NCBI GenBank assembly: GCA_965214705.1
Contig: OZ243972.1
Location: forward strand, 64,001-128,000
Reading direction: 5' to 3'
DNA from: Alphaproteobacteria bacterium
GTDB taxonomy: Bacteria > Pseudomonadota > Alphaproteobacteria > UBA828
DNA length: 64,000 nt
The stretch's first letter is position 1. The number at the start of each line of letters is the position of its first letter. Shown piece after piece: positions 52,595 to 62,473 of this stretch. The position numbers and the translations under genes were made by a program. A model generated the notes under the pieces. The model did not search any database and had not been told where the DNA came from. It saw nothing but the letters and a program-made list of their open reading frames with translations.

Positions 52595-53307
52595 GGCACC
52601 GGATCATGGCCAAGGCGGACCTCGGGCGGCAGCGCACCTTCGACTGGGGCGTCCGACCGGCGCTTGGGCGGGAGGATTTTATGGTCGCGCCTTGCAACGA
52701 GGAGGCGGTCGCCTGGCTCGACCGCTGGCCGGACTGGCCGGGCCCCGCGCTCGTGATCCACGGTCCGCCGGGCTCGGGCAAGAGCCATCTCGCCGAGGTG
52801 TGGCGCAGGCCGACCGGCGCAGAAATCGTCCCGGCAGCCCGCCTTGCCGACGTCGTGCCCGATACCGGAAAAGTGCCGGCGCTGGTCATCGACGGGCTCG
52901 GCGGGCCGATCGACGAGCGCGCCCTCCTGCATACCTACAACGCTGTTGCCGAGCGGGGCGGCCATCTGCTGCTCACCGCCTCGGCCCCGCCGGCACGCTG
53001 GCCGCTCGCGCTCCCCGATCTCGCCTCCCGATTGAGGCTCGCCCCAGCGGTGGCGCTCGGCCTGCCGGACGATGCGCTGCTCGCAGCCCTCATGCTCAAG
53101 CTCTTCGGCGACCGGCAGATCACGGTGGCGCCCGAGGTGCCGGCCTATATCGTGCCCCGAATCGAGCGCACATTCGAGGCTGTGGCCCGCCTCGTCGAGC
53201 GCCTTGACCGCGCGGCGCTTGCCGAGGGCAGAGCGGTCACCGTGCCGCTCGTGCGCGCGGTGCTTGCGCTGGACGAAGGCGGAACCGAAGACCCGCAGCG
53301 CTTTTGA
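52591..53307 (+). CDS. hdaA: DnaA regulatory inactivator HdaA
   Basis: REDFMVAPCN, GPPGSGKSHL, LPDLASRL, RIERT. Confidence 0.88.
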   Translation: MRHRIMAKADLGRQRTFDWGVRPALGREDFMVAPCNEEAVAWLDRWPDWPGPALVIHGPPGSGKSHLAEVWRRPTGAEIVPAARLADVVPDTGKVPALVIDGLGGPIDERALLHTYNAVAERGGHLLLTASAPPARWPLALPDLASRLRLAPAVALGLPDDALLAALMLKLFGDRQITVAPEVPAYIVPRIERTFEAVARLVERLDRAALAEGRAVTVPLVRAVLALDEGGTEDPQRF

Positions 53308-53412
53308 TCTGCGGGACCGCCCCAGCCGGCGTATTTTTGTCACGCCACGGCAATGACCGTATTGTAAGAAGCTGCGAATCAAACCAAGTAGAGGGGACGC
53401 GGGAGCAGCCGA

Positions 53413-55575
53413 ATGGCGAGAGCCAAGCGGGCCACTGAGGCGCAAAGCTTCGCGCCGGCCGACAAGTTCATCAACCGTGAGCTGAGCTGGCTCGCCTTTA
53501 ACGAGCGGGTGATGGAAGAGGCCGAGAACCTCGACCATCCCGTGCTCGAGCGCCTGCGCTTCCTCTCGATTTCGGGATCGAACCTCGACGAGTTCTACAT
53601 GGTCCGCGTGGCCGGCCTGCACGGCCAGGTCGAGGCGGGCATCCTCGAATCGTCCCAGGACGGTCTGAGCCCCATTGCACAAATCCGCGCCGTCAACGAG
53701 CGCGCCAACGCGCTGATGGCGCAGCAGCAGGAGCGCTGGCTCGAACTCCGGGCGGAGCTGGCCGATGCGGGCATCGCAATCCTCTCGGCCGACCGGCTCA
53801 GGGAGGACGAACGGCGCTGGCTTGACGGCTACTTCATCGACCGCCTCTTCCCGGTGCTGACTCCCCTGGCCATCGATCCGGCGCACCCGTTCCCGTTCAT
53901 CCCGAATCTCGGCTTCAGCCTGGCACTGGAGCTGGTCGAGAAGGGCACCCGGCGCCTGGTCCCTTCGCTCGTGCGCGTCCCGAGCCAGTTGGAGCGCTTC
54001 ATCCGCCTGCCCGAGGGCGAGCGGGGCGAAATCCGCTTCATCGCGCTGGAGGACGTGGTGGAGCTCTACCTCGACCGGCTGTTCCCCGGTTTCGCCCCGA
54101 GCGCGGTGGGGCGCTTCCGGGTGGTCCGGGACAGCGACATCGAGTTGGAGGAAGAGGCCGAGGACCTGGTGCGCTCGTTCGAGAGCGCGCTCAAGCGGCG
54201 CCGGCGCGGCAGCGTCATCCGGCTTGAGGTGGACTCCACAATGCCCTTGAGCATGCTGGACTTCCTCGCCGACCAGCTTCACGTCGACCGGCGCGACGTG
54301 GTCAAGGTCGAAGGGATTCTGGGGCTTGCGGACACGGCCATGCTCATCAAGTGCGGCCGGGCCGACCTCGAGTTCACGCCCTACCGCGCGCGCTTCCCGG
54401 AGCGAATCAGGGACTTTGGCGGCGATTGCTTCGCCGCGATCAAGGCCAAGGACATCGTCGTCCACCACCCCTACGAGAGCTTCGACGTCGTCGTCCAGTT
54501 CCTGCGCCAGGCAGCGCGGGACCCGGACGTGATCGCGATCAAGCAGACGCTCTACCGCACCAGCAACGATTCGCCCATCGTCAACGCGCTGATCGAGGCG
54601 GCGGAGGCAGGCAAGTCGGTCACCGCGCTGGTCGAGCTCAAGGCGCGCTTCGATGAAGCCGCGAACATCCGTTGGGCGCGCGACCTGGAGCGCGCCGGCG
54701 CCCAGGTGGTCTACGGCTTCATGGACCTCAAGACCCACGCCAAGGCCTCGCTGGTGGCCCGCCGCGAGGCTGACGGCCTGCGCAGCTACGTGCACTACGG
54801 CACCGGCAACTATCACCCGATCACCGCCGCGATCTACACAGACCTTTCGTTCTTCACCTGCGATCCGGCGCTCTGCCGCGACGCGGCGCTGCTCTTCAAT
54901 TACCTGACGGGGGGAGCCGCACCCGAGCGCTACGAGAAGATTGCGGTGGCGCCGCTCGGCTTGCGTACTGCGATCGATGAGTTGATCGAAGAGGAGATCG
55001 CCCATGCCCACGCCGGCCGGCCGGCGGCGATCTGGTTGAAGCTCAACTCCCTGGTCGACCCCGACGTGATCGAGGCGCTCTATGCCGCCGCCGCTGCCGG
55101 AGTCTCCATCGATATGGTGGTGCGCGGCATCTGCTGCCTGAGGCCGGGCGTGCCGGGCCTCTCGGAGAACATCCGGGTGAAGAGCATCGTCGGACGCTTC
55201 CTCGAACACTCCCGAATCATGTGCTTCGGCGCAGGCCACGGCCTGCCGTCGCCCCAGGCCAAGGTGTACATCTCGTCCGCCGACTGGATGGGGCGCAATC
55301 TGGACCGACGAGTGGAAATGATGGTGCCGATCGAGAACCCGACGGTACACGAGCAGATTCTCGATCAAATCATGACCGCGAACTTCAGGGACAACGAACA
55401 AAGCTGGACGCTGGACGCTGACGGCGCCTTCTCTCGCTTGGCGCCCGACGGCGAGCCCTTCAACGCCCATCGCTTCTTCATGACCAACCCGTCGCTCTCC
55501 GGGCGCGGCACGGCACGGCGCGAGCCGCGGCTTGCGGTCGCAGGCGACGACGGCGGCGAACCGCACGACGGGTGA
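53413..55575 (+). CDS. ppk1: Polyphosphate kinase 1
   Basis: [38 protein letters not shown]. Confidence 0.97.
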   Translation: MARAKRATEAQSFAPADKFINRELSWLAFNERVMEEAENLDHPVLERLRFLSISGSNLDEFYMVRVAGLHGQVEAGILESSQDGLSPIAQIRAVNERANALMAQQQERWLELRAELADAGIAILSADRLREDERRWLDGYFIDRLFPVLTPLAIDPAHPFPFIPNLGFSLALELVEKGTRRLVPSLVRVPSQLERFIRLPEGERGEIRFIALEDVVELYLDRLFPGFAPSAVGRFRVVRDSDIELEEEAEDLVRSFESALKRRRRGSVIRLEVDSTMPLSMLDFLADQLHVDRRDVVKVEGILGLADTAMLIKCGRADLEFTPYRARFPERIRDFGGDCFAAIKAKDIVVHHPYESFDVVVQFLRQAARDPDVIAIKQTLYRTSNDSPIVNALIEAAEAGKSVTALVELKARFDEAANIRWARDLERAGAQVVYGFMDLKTHAKASLVARREADGLRSYVHYGTGNYHPITAAIYTDLSFFTCDPALCRDAALLFNYLTGGAAPERYEKIAVAPLGLRTAIDELIEEEIAHAHAGRPAAIWLKLNSLVDPDVIEALYAAAAAGVSIDMVVRGICCLRPGVPGLSENIRVKSIVGRFLEHSRIMCFGAGHGLPSPQAKVYISSADWMGRNLDRRVEMMVPIENPTVHEQILDQIMTANFRDNEQSWTLDADGAFSRLAPDGEPFNAHRFFMTNPSLSGRGTARREPRLAVAGDDGGEPHDG

Positions 55576-57122
55576 CGGAGCAGCTGGCGGAGACCCGCCT
55601 CGTGGCCGACGCGGCGACGCTTCCGGTCGGAGACGAGCGTCTCCCCGCCGCGGCCGCGGTGGATGCGCCTTACGGCGTGCTCGATGTCGGCTCCAACTCG
55701 ATTCGCCTCGTGGTGTTCGAGGGGCTCACGCGGGCGCCGGCACCGGTCTTCAATGAGCGTGAGCTGTGCGGTCTCGGCGCGACCCTGGCCGAGACCGGGA
55801 CGCTCGCGCCGGACGCGGTGGAGCCCGCGCTCGATGCCCTGCGCCGCTTCGCCGCCGCAGCGGAGGCACTCGGCGTCGGCCCGCTCGACGCGGTGACCAC
55901 GGCGGCGGTCCGCGAAGCCAGCGACGGCGAACGGTTCCGCAAGGCGGTGAGCCGCGAGACCGGCTTCTCGCTCCGCGTCCTCTCGGGCGAGGAGGAGGCC
56001 CGCTACGCCGCGCTCGGCGTGGTTTCGGCCTTCCCCGGTGCGAACGGGCTGATGGCGGACCTGGGCGGCGGCAGCCTTGAGCTGGTTCGCCTGGAGCACG
56101 GGCGGCTCGCCGAGCACGCGACGCTGCCTTTGGGCGTGCTCCGTCTGGGCAGCCTGCCGCCAAGCCGCCGCGCCGCGCTGGCGGCCGAGCGGCTCAAGGC
56201 GCTGCCCTGGCTCGATCGGGTGCGGGGCGCGCCGGTCTATCTCGTGGGCGGTGCGTGGCGGGCGCTGGCCCGTCTCCGCATGGCTTCCGAGCGGCACCCC
56301 ATCCCGGTCGTGCATCACTACCGCATGACGCCGGCCGAGGGGCGGGAGGCCACCAAGGAGCTCGCTGCCGTCGATCCCGCCACGCTGCGACCGGGGCCGG
56401 AGGGAATGTTGCCCCGGCGGCTCGCGACCGTGCCGAGCGGCGCGTCTGCGCTCAAGGCGTTGCTGAAGGTCGCCGCGCCGGGCGAGGTCCTGTTCTCCGC
56501 CTTCGGCCTGCGCGAGGGCCTGCTGTTCGACAGGCTGCCCGCAGCGGTGCGGACGCAGGATCCCCTGCACGATGCCTGCCGTTCGATCGCCCGGCGGGAC
56601 GGCCGCTCGCTGGTCTATGCCGAGGCCCTCGCTTCCTGGCTGGGCCGCTCGACGCTCCCGGCGCTCGCCCGGCATCGGGAGATGCTGCCTGCGGCGGCGT
56701 TTCTCTCCGAGATCGCCTGGCGTCAGCATCCCGACCTGCGCGCGGCCGATGCGTTCGCGCGGATCTCGCGCGCCCCCTTCGTCGGTATCGATCACGCGGG
56801 CCGCGTGTTCCTGGCGCTCGCGGTGGCCACCCGCTACAAGTCGCGCCTTCCGGTCGCGGCAAGCCGGACGGTGAACCGGCTGTTGCCGCCGCCGGTGCGC
56901 GCCGAGGCCCGGGCGCTCGGGCTTGCGCTCAGGCTGGCGGAGCGGCTCTCCATCGGGGAGCCGGCGGTGCTCGACGGCTCCCAGGTCGCGGCCGAGGACG
57001 GACATCTGGTGCTGCGGCTCGCGCCCGAGCACCGGCCGCTCGCGTCGGGCAAGGCGCGCACGGCGGCAGACGCGCTCGCGCGCGCGCTCGGCAGCAAGCT
57101 CTCCTTCGAGACCAACGCCTAA
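55572..57122 (+). CDS. ppx: Ppx/GppA phosphatase
   Basis: [29 protein letters not shown]. Confidence 0.93.
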   Translation: MTEQLAETRLVADAATLPVGDERLPAAAAVDAPYGVLDVGSNSIRLVVFEGLTRAPAPVFNERELCGLGATLAETGTLAPDAVEPALDALRRFAAAAEALGVGPLDAVTTAAVREASDGERFRKAVSRETGFSLRVLSGEEEARYAALGVVSAFPGANGLMADLGGGSLELVRLEHGRLAEHATLPLGVLRLGSLPPSRRAALAAERLKALPWLDRVRGAPVYLVGGAWRALARLRMASERHPIPVVHHYRMTPAEGREATKELAAVDPATLRPGPEGMLPRRLATVPSGASALKALLKVAAPGEVLFSAFGLREGLLFDRLPAAVRTQDPLHDACRSIARRDGRSLVYAEALASWLGRSTLPALARHREMLPAAAFLSEIAWRQHPDLRAADAFARISRAPFVGIDHAGRVFLALAVATRYKSRLPVAASRTVNRLLPPPVRAEARALGLALRLAERLSIGEPAVLDGSQVAAEDGHLVLRLAPEHRPLASGKARTAADALARALGSKLSFETNA

Positions 57123-57145
57123 CCCGCGTTTCTCGCCAGGGTCGC

Positions 57146-57236
57146 GTCCCACGCGGCCTCGCCCGTTCCCCGGTGGGACAGGCAAACAATAATTTCATGC
57201 GGGACGAGCCGGGATCATGCGGGATTCCCGGCGACA
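57146..57236 (+). repeat. Hairpin plus short 10-bp-phased GGGA(T/C) array (copy B)
   Basis: GTCCCAC/GTGGGAC stem, ACAATAATTTC, then GGGAC, GGGAT, GGGAT, GCGAC at 57201, 57211, 57221, 57231. Confidence 0.55.
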
Positions 57237-57478
57237 ACCGCTCGCCGAGATGGTGTTCGATGGGACAGCAGCCGGGCACATCCAACTTGCTGTCCACACC
57301 TGCCACGACCCGCCCGCGCCTGCTCATCATGGCGCCATCGTGACGCGCCCGCCGCGCGCCGTGCAGCGCACCATGGTCCGGAGCGTCGGGCGTGCCCGGT
57401 CGCTGTCCCGAGCGCTCTCAGGTGAGGTGGTCTTGCGCGCGCTCTCGCGCTATGAGGAGTCTTGCGGCTGGCGCATGT

Positions 57479-57563
57479 GCGGGCGTGGCGGAAGTGGTAG
57501 ACGCGCGGGTCTCAAAAACCCGTTCCTTCGGGAGTGTGAGTTCGAGTCTCACCGCCCGCACCA
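57479..57563 (+). tRNA. tRNA-Leu (anticodon CAA)
   Basis: GCGGGCG acceptor stem, CGGGT-CT-CAA-AA-ACCCG anticodon arm, long variable arm, GTTCGAGTC, encoded CCA. Confidence 0.96.
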
Positions 57564-57569
57564 GCCGAC

Positions 57570-58877
57570 TTAACAATCCAACGTATTGCTGCGCTCCCAG
57601 TCGGAGATCGTGCCGGCGTATTCGTTCCACTCGTTGGTCTTGAGCTTGACGTAGCTCTTGACGAAGCTCTCGCCGAAGCCCGCGCGCAGCACCTTGTCCT
57701 TCTCGAACAGCCGGAGCGCGTCCAGCAGATTGAGCGGCAGCTTGCGCGCGCCGCGCAGCTTGTGGCCCTCGGCATAGAGGTTGAGGTCGGTGCGCTGGCC
57801 TGGGTCGAGCTGGTTCTCGATGCCGTCGAGCCCGGCGACGACCACGCCCGCCTGCAGCAGGTAGGGGTTGGACGCGCCGTCCATCAGCCGCAGCTCGAAG
57901 CGCCCCGCGTCCGGGATGCGCACCATGGTCGAGCGGTTGTTGCCGCCGTAGGCCACCTGGTTGGGCGACCACGTGGCGCCCGAGAGCGTGACCGGCGCGT
58001 TGATCCGCTTGTAGCTGTTCACGGTCGGGTTCCAGATCGCGCAGAGGGCCGGCGCCCGCTGCAGGACGCCGCCCAGGAACTGGTAGCCCAGCTTGGAGAT
58101 GCCGAGCTCGCCCTTGGCGTCGTGGAACAGGTTCTTCTTGCCGGAGTTGTTCCAGACCGAGACATGGGCGTGGCAGCCGTTGCCCGTGAGGTTGGAGAAG
58201 GGCTTCGGCATGAAGGTCGCGCGCAGCCCGTGCTTCTCGGCCAGCGACTTCACCATGTACTTGAAGAAGACGTGGCGGTCGGCGGTGACCAGCGCGTCGT
58301 CGTAGTCCCAGTTCATCTCGAACTGGCCGTTCGCGTCCTCGTGGTCGTTCTGATAGGGCCCCCAGCCGAGGCTCAGCATGGCGTCGCAGATCTCGGAGAC
58401 CACGTCGTAGCGGCGCATGAGCGCCGCCTGGTCGTAGCAGGGCTTGGCCTGGGTATCGAGCGGGTCGGAGATCGCGGTGCCGTCCGCGCTCACGATGAAG
58501 TATTCCGCCTCGACCCCGGTCTTGACCCGGTAGCCCTGCTTCTTTGCCTCGGCCAGCTTGCTCTTGAGCTTGAGCCGGGGCGTGTCGGGCATGGGCTCGT
58601 CGTTCATCCAGCAATCGCCGGCGAGCCAGCCGACCTCGGGCTTCCACGGCAGCTGGATCAGGCTCGCGGGATCGGGCTTCACCAGCATGTCGGGCTCGGC
58701 CGGCGTCGAATCGAGCCAGGCGGCGAAGGCGGCGAAGCCCGCGCCGTCCTCCTGCATGCCAGCGATCGCCTCGGCCGGCACGAGCTTGGCCCGCAGCACC
58801 CCGAACAGGTCCACGAAGCTGATCAGGAAATAGCGAATCTTCTTCTGTTTCGCGGCCTGAGCCAGGTCCACGGCCAT
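57570..58877 (-). CDS. gmaS: Type III glutamate-ammonia ligase / gamma-glutamylmethylamide synthetase (GlnT/GmaS)
   Basis: YFLISFVDLFGVLRAKLVP, GAGFA, LIQLPWKPEVGW, KPCYDQ, YQNDHEDANGQFEMN, SGATWSP. Confidence 0.85.
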   Translation of the reverse strand: MAVDLAQAAKQKKIRYFLISFVDLFGVLRAKLVPAEAIAGMQEDGAGFAAFAAWLDSTPAEPDMLVKPDPASLIQLPWKPEVGWLAGDCWMNDEPMPDTPRLKLKSKLAEAKKQGYRVKTGVEAEYFIVSADGTAISDPLDTQAKPCYDQAALMRRYDVVSEICDAMLSLGWGPYQNDHEDANGQFEMNWDYDDALVTADRHVFFKYMVKSLAEKHGLRATFMPKPFSNLTGNGCHAHVSVWNNSGKKNLFHDAKGELGISKLGYQFLGGVLQRAPALCAIWNPTVNSYKRINAPVTLSGATWSPNQVAYGGNNRSTMVRIPDAGRFELRLMDGASNPYLLQAGVVVAGLDGIENQLDPGQRTDLNLYAEGHKLRGARKLPLNLLDALRLFEKDKVLRAGFGESFVKSYVKLKTNEWNEYAGTISDWERSNTLDC

Positions 58878-58918
58878 CAATCCATACTCCCTTGTCTCGG
58901 ATTCGGGCGGGCGGGCCG

Positions 58919-59629
58919 CTACCAGGGCAGCTCCCTGCCGTCGTACTGATAGAAGCAGCCGGTCTGGCCGCTGCCGTAATTCGCCACCACCTGGCGGATG
59001 CCGGCGATGCTCTGCTCCTTGTTGACAGGGGCCTCGGGCCCGCCCATGTCCGTGCTCACCCAGCCGGGATGGACCGCGATGGTGCGCACCCCGCGCGGTG
59101 CGAGATCGATGGAGAGCCCTTTCACCACCAGATTGAGCGCCGCCTTGCTGGAGCGGTAGGGATAGAGGCCGCCGTCGGCGAGCTCGGTGATGCAGCCCAT
59201 GTACGTGGACATGAAGAACATCAGCTTCATGTCGCTCGCCGCGACGTGATCGACGAAGGCCTCGGCAACCCGGAGCGGCGCCATGGTGTTGATCTCGTGC
59301 AGCTGCATCCAGGCTTCGTAGTCGACCGAGCCGAAGGCGCCCGGCCCCATTGAGTCGATCGTGCAGCCCAGCAGGCCCGCGTTGTTGACCAGCATGTCGA
59401 TGGCCGTGCCGCGAAGCTCGTCCGCCAGCGCCTCGATCTGCGCGGGCTTGCCCACGTCGAGGGTGTGCAGCGTGATCGCGCCGTCCGACTGAGCGGCGAG
59501 CGCGGCGAGATCGGTGGCCGTCTCGGGCGCGCGGCAGCAGGCGTAGATGCGCCAGCCGTCGTCCAGGAATTGGCGCACCATTTCGAGGCCGAGCCCTCTG
59601 TTCGCACCGGTGACCAGCATCGACGGCAT
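58919..59629 (-). CDS. SDR oxidoreductase (CsgA/C-factor-like)
   Basis: TGANRGLG, NNAG, YRSSK, HPGWVSTDMGG. Confidence 0.9.
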   Translation of the reverse strand: MPSMLVTGANRGLGLEMVRQFLDDGWRIYACCRAPETATDLAALAAQSDGAITLHTLDVGKPAQIEALADELRGTAIDMLVNNAGLLGCTIDSMGPGAFGSVDYEAWMQLHEINTMAPLRVAEAFVDHVAASDMKLMFFMSTYMGCITELADGGLYPYRSSKAALNLVVKGLSIDLAPRGVRTIAVHPGWVSTDMGGPEAPVNKEQSIAGIRQVVANYGSGQTGCFYQYDGRELPW

Positions 59630-59754
59630 GGCTCAATCCCTCCCTTGTCCCTGAGCGGCGGCAGAATAGCGGACCCCGCCCCGCCGACAAGAGCGAAGCC
59701 TTGCGGGTGCAGCCTTACGGGCGAAGCCCCACCGCGCGCGGCAGCGGACACGGA

Positions 59755-59874
59755 GTTTGCCACAATGGGGACCGGGCTGCGCAGCAGCCCGGAGCGCGCG
59801 ACCGCGCGCCGCGCCGAAGGCACGTAAGCCAAGCGAACGGAGTTCGCGCCCGGCGACTGAGGGGAATCAATAAA
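59755..59874 (+). repeat. Structured dispersed repeat, copy 1
   Basis: TTTGCC..CCGGGCTGC-GCA-GCAGCCCGG-AGCGCGCGACCGCGCGCCGCGCCGAAGGC..CAAGCGAACGGAGT..TGAGGG; matches 60843-60959. Confidence 0.8.
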
Positions 59875-59885
59875 GCACCCGCGCC

Positions 59886-60656
59886 TCACTCCGGCCCGAG
59901 TGACAGGATCGATGTGGGGCTGGTGCGAAACACCCGCGGAGCGATTTCCGTCCAGGATTCATAGCGATGATCCGGGCTCAAGTGGGATTCGCCGGGATCA
60001 GGTGGGATTGCGTGAGATTCGTCGGGATTGACCGGGACTGCGGGGAACTCTGCGGGATTCCACGGGTCCACCGGCACCGACGTGACGGTGCGGGGAGCAG
60101 GCGGGGGCGGCGGGGGCCTGCCCTCCACCTCCGCGCGGATGATGGCGACCGCCTCCGGCGAGAGCCCGCCCTGATCCTTGGGCTGGCCGGCGCGTGCCGC
60201 CTTCTTCGCCGCCCGCTCCCGGTCTTTGCGGAGCTTGTCGGTGCCTTCGATGCGCTTGAGGGTGAGGGCGAGGCGGGCGAGCTCCTCCGTCGACACGGGC
60301 TCTTCCCGCGCGCTGAGACGAGCCATGGTGGCGAGCGCCATCGTCCGCAGGGTCTCGATCAGGATGAGTCCCGCCTGGCCCTCCGGCCGTTCGCCCAGCG
60401 CGTCCACCCACGCCTTGATGGTGCGGTCGGTCTCCTGCTGCTGGCGGATCAGGTCGCGCTCGTTCTTGGCGTAGCGGCCGACGGCCGAGCGCGAGCATGT
60501 CTCGCCCTCGGCCCGGATGCGGGCGGTGATCTGGTCGATGGTGGCGCCGTCCGCGATGGCCTGATCGACGGCCTCGCGCAGCTTGGCCGGCAGGCGGTCG
60601 ATGGAGGAGCGGCCGAACGTCCCGGCCGTTGTGCTCTTGGGGGGTTCAATTTGCAT
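59886..60656 (-). CDS. DUF3486 / phage Mu gp27-like protein (putative small terminase) with a Pro-rich repetitive C-terminal extension
   Basis: GRSSIDRLP...SRSAVGRY...GLSPEAVAIIR pattern; start may be 60656 or 60692. Confidence 0.78.
   Translation of the reverse strand: MQIEPPKSTTAGTFGRSSIDRLPAKLREAVDQAIADGATIDQITARIRAEGETCSRSAVGRYAKNERDLIRQQQETDRTIKAWVDALGERPEGQAGLILIETLRTMALATMARLSAREEPVSTEELARLALTLKRIEGTDKLRKDRERAAKKAARAGQPKDQGGLSPEAVAIIRAEVEGRPPPPPPAPRTVTSVPVDPWNPAEFPAVPVNPDESHAIPPDPGESHLSPDHRYESWTEIAPRVFRTSPTSILSLGPE
59951..60070 (+). repeat. Twelve-unit 10-bp-period degenerate tandem array (nnnGGGATTn)
   Basis: Units: tccaggattc atagcgatga tccgggctca agtgggattc gccgggatca ggtgggattg cgtgagattc gtcgggattg accgggactg cggggaactc tgcgggattc cacgggtcca. 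Confidence 0.85.
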
Positions 60657-60770
60657 GGCGTGGCTGTGCTCGCGGGTGGTGTTGTGGCTCATCCGGCGAT
60701 GCTGCCCCACGCCGCCCCTCCCTGTGCACCGCACCATGGTCCGGTTTCTCTCCCCGGCAGCCAACGAAGC

Positions 60771-61055
60771 GTTTGCCCTGATGGGACCGGGCCGCGCAGC
60801 GGCCCGGTCGGCGCGACAGCGCCGCGCGGAAACAGACAGAGTGTTTGCCATGTGTGGAGCCAGGCTGCGGAGCAGCCTGGAGCGCACGACCGCGCGCCGC
60901 GCCGAAGGCGCGTAGGCAAGCGAACGGAGTGAGCGCCCGCCGTTGAGGGAAACGAAAAAGTGCGAGCGCCCGGCAATTGAGGGAAATGATTAGGTCAGGT
61001 CCGGAGCGCGCGACCGCGCGCCGCGCGCGCCTGGCGTCTGAGGGAAATGAATAAA
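60771..61055 (+). repeat. Structured dispersed repeat: full copy 2 (60843-60959) and partial copies (60771-60807, 60964-60990, 61001-61055)
   Basis: Same motif order as 59755-59874, with compensatory changes in the first stem. Confidence 0.8.
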
Positions 61056-61105
61056 CTAGCGCGCGCCGCCCGGCTTGCCTATGGTGCGGAATCGGTTCGC
61101 CGAGA

Positions 61106-61182
<77 letters not shown>

Positions 61183-61532
61183 TCCTACCGTCACCTTCTC
61201 CATGCTGCCGCTGGCGCCGTGCGCTCGATGACGCGGCGGCCTCGGCCATCCTGGCGGTCATTGAGGGCGTCGGGCGGGACGACCAGCGGCATCGACGCCG
61301 GCGCTACGCGCGCACGGCCTAGTGAGTGCTTGCCATCCTTCGGCACTCGCACTTGACAACGGTCCCACCACCGCAGCTAGAAGACGGGTTCCCACCACTT
61401 CCACCTGAACGCTGACCCCCAGACCATCTTCAAGTGCAACGGCTAGCGCAGGTGCAGGCAGCGCAACCGCGTCGCGTGGCGCCAGCTGTTAGACAGACGA
61501 GGGCGGCGGAATGATAAGACAAGGTCACTGGA

Positions 61533-62282
61533 ATGAATCAAGTGCCCCCATCAATCCATGAAACCGCCTTTGACTGCCCTCACTGTGGGGCGTTTGCGCA
61601 GCAGTCTTGGTTTTCGCTCACAGCGAACACAGAATACATTAGAGACAGACTTCCCATTGATGTCAGAGAATATGTTTTTCCTAATGCGGTTAATAATCAG
61701 CCGGCAATTCGCGATGCCGTTTTGGAGGGGTTTCCCGCTCTAAATCCTGTACGGAGCCAACCGGCATCTGCAACATTGTATTGTGTGTTTATTTCTAGTT
61801 GTTTTCGTTGCAAGAAAGTCGCAATTTGGATAGGCGACAACCTGATCTATCCGCAGAGCCGTGTGGCTCCTCCTGCAAACCCTGACCTCACAGGTGAAAT
61901 CCGTGAAGACTACGACGAAGCCAGTAGTATTTTGGATTTATCACCTAGAGGGGCGGCGGCACTTCTTCGACTCTCTATTCAAAAACTCTGTAAAGAACTC
62001 GGGCAGCCAGGAAATAACATTAACGACGACATCGCGGCGCTGGTTTCAGCGGGTTTGAGCCAACAGATCCAGCGGGCCCTGGATACGGTACGAGTCATCG
62101 GAAACAATGCCGTCCATCCGGGTCAGATTGATCTTCGCGATGATAGGGCAACTGCGCTCAGTTTGTTCACATTTGTTAACCTGATCGTAGACAAGATGAT
62201 ATCCGAGCCTAAGCGTGTCGCAGAAGCTTATAATAACTTGCCTGAAAGTGCGCGAGACGCAATCAAGGAACGTGATGCGTGA
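61533..62282 (+). CDS. DUF4145 (HEPN-like) domain protein with an N-terminal Zn ribbon
   Basis: CPHC...CFRC; DYDEA..I...SPRGAAALLRL; RVIGNNAVHPG; visibly AT-richer than the rest of the window. Confidence 0.8.
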   Translation: MNQVPPSIHETAFDCPHCGAFAQQSWFSLTANTEYIRDRLPIDVREYVFPNAVNNQPAIRDAVLEGFPALNPVRSQPASATLYCVFISSCFRCKKVAIWIGDNLIYPQSRVAPPANPDLTGEIREDYDEASSILDLSPRGAAALLRLSIQKLCKELGQPGNNINDDIAALVSAGLSQQIQRALDTVRVIGNNAVHPGQIDLRDDRATALSLFTFVNLIVDKMISEPKRVAEAYNNLPESARDAIKERDA

Positions 62283-62473
62283 TGGTTCGGGGTCCCCTTT
62301 CTTCGCGCATGTGTATGGGCCGCCGAGGGCCGGGCTGTGTATTGCTGCGCCGGTTGGCGTTGCGTTTGATGCTGTAACGCCAGACTCCTAGTGTCCTGTT
62401 CGAAAATTTCTGTTCATATGTACGGTAACCTCAACCCGTCATGGCCGGGTATGACGGCGTATGGAAGGAGGCC

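Noticed and set aside
52447-55566. 1039-aa minus-strand ORF (also 21235-24093, 18284-20755, 38799-41297)
   Set aside because: Antisense shadows of real genes, typical of high-GC DNA; no recognisable motifs
57570-59690. 706-aa extended glutamine synthetase
   Set aside because: The N-terminal part overlaps the SDR gene out of frame; the true start is at 58877 with an RBS
59951-60070. CRISPR array or ordinary VNTR
   Set aside because: Units are 10 bp, degenerate and without spacers; no cas genes; kept as a phased array instead
62388-62460. IS end (CTAGTGTCC...) and a collapsed GTCATGGCCGGG REP-like stem
   Set aside because: Too short, with no partner end in the window
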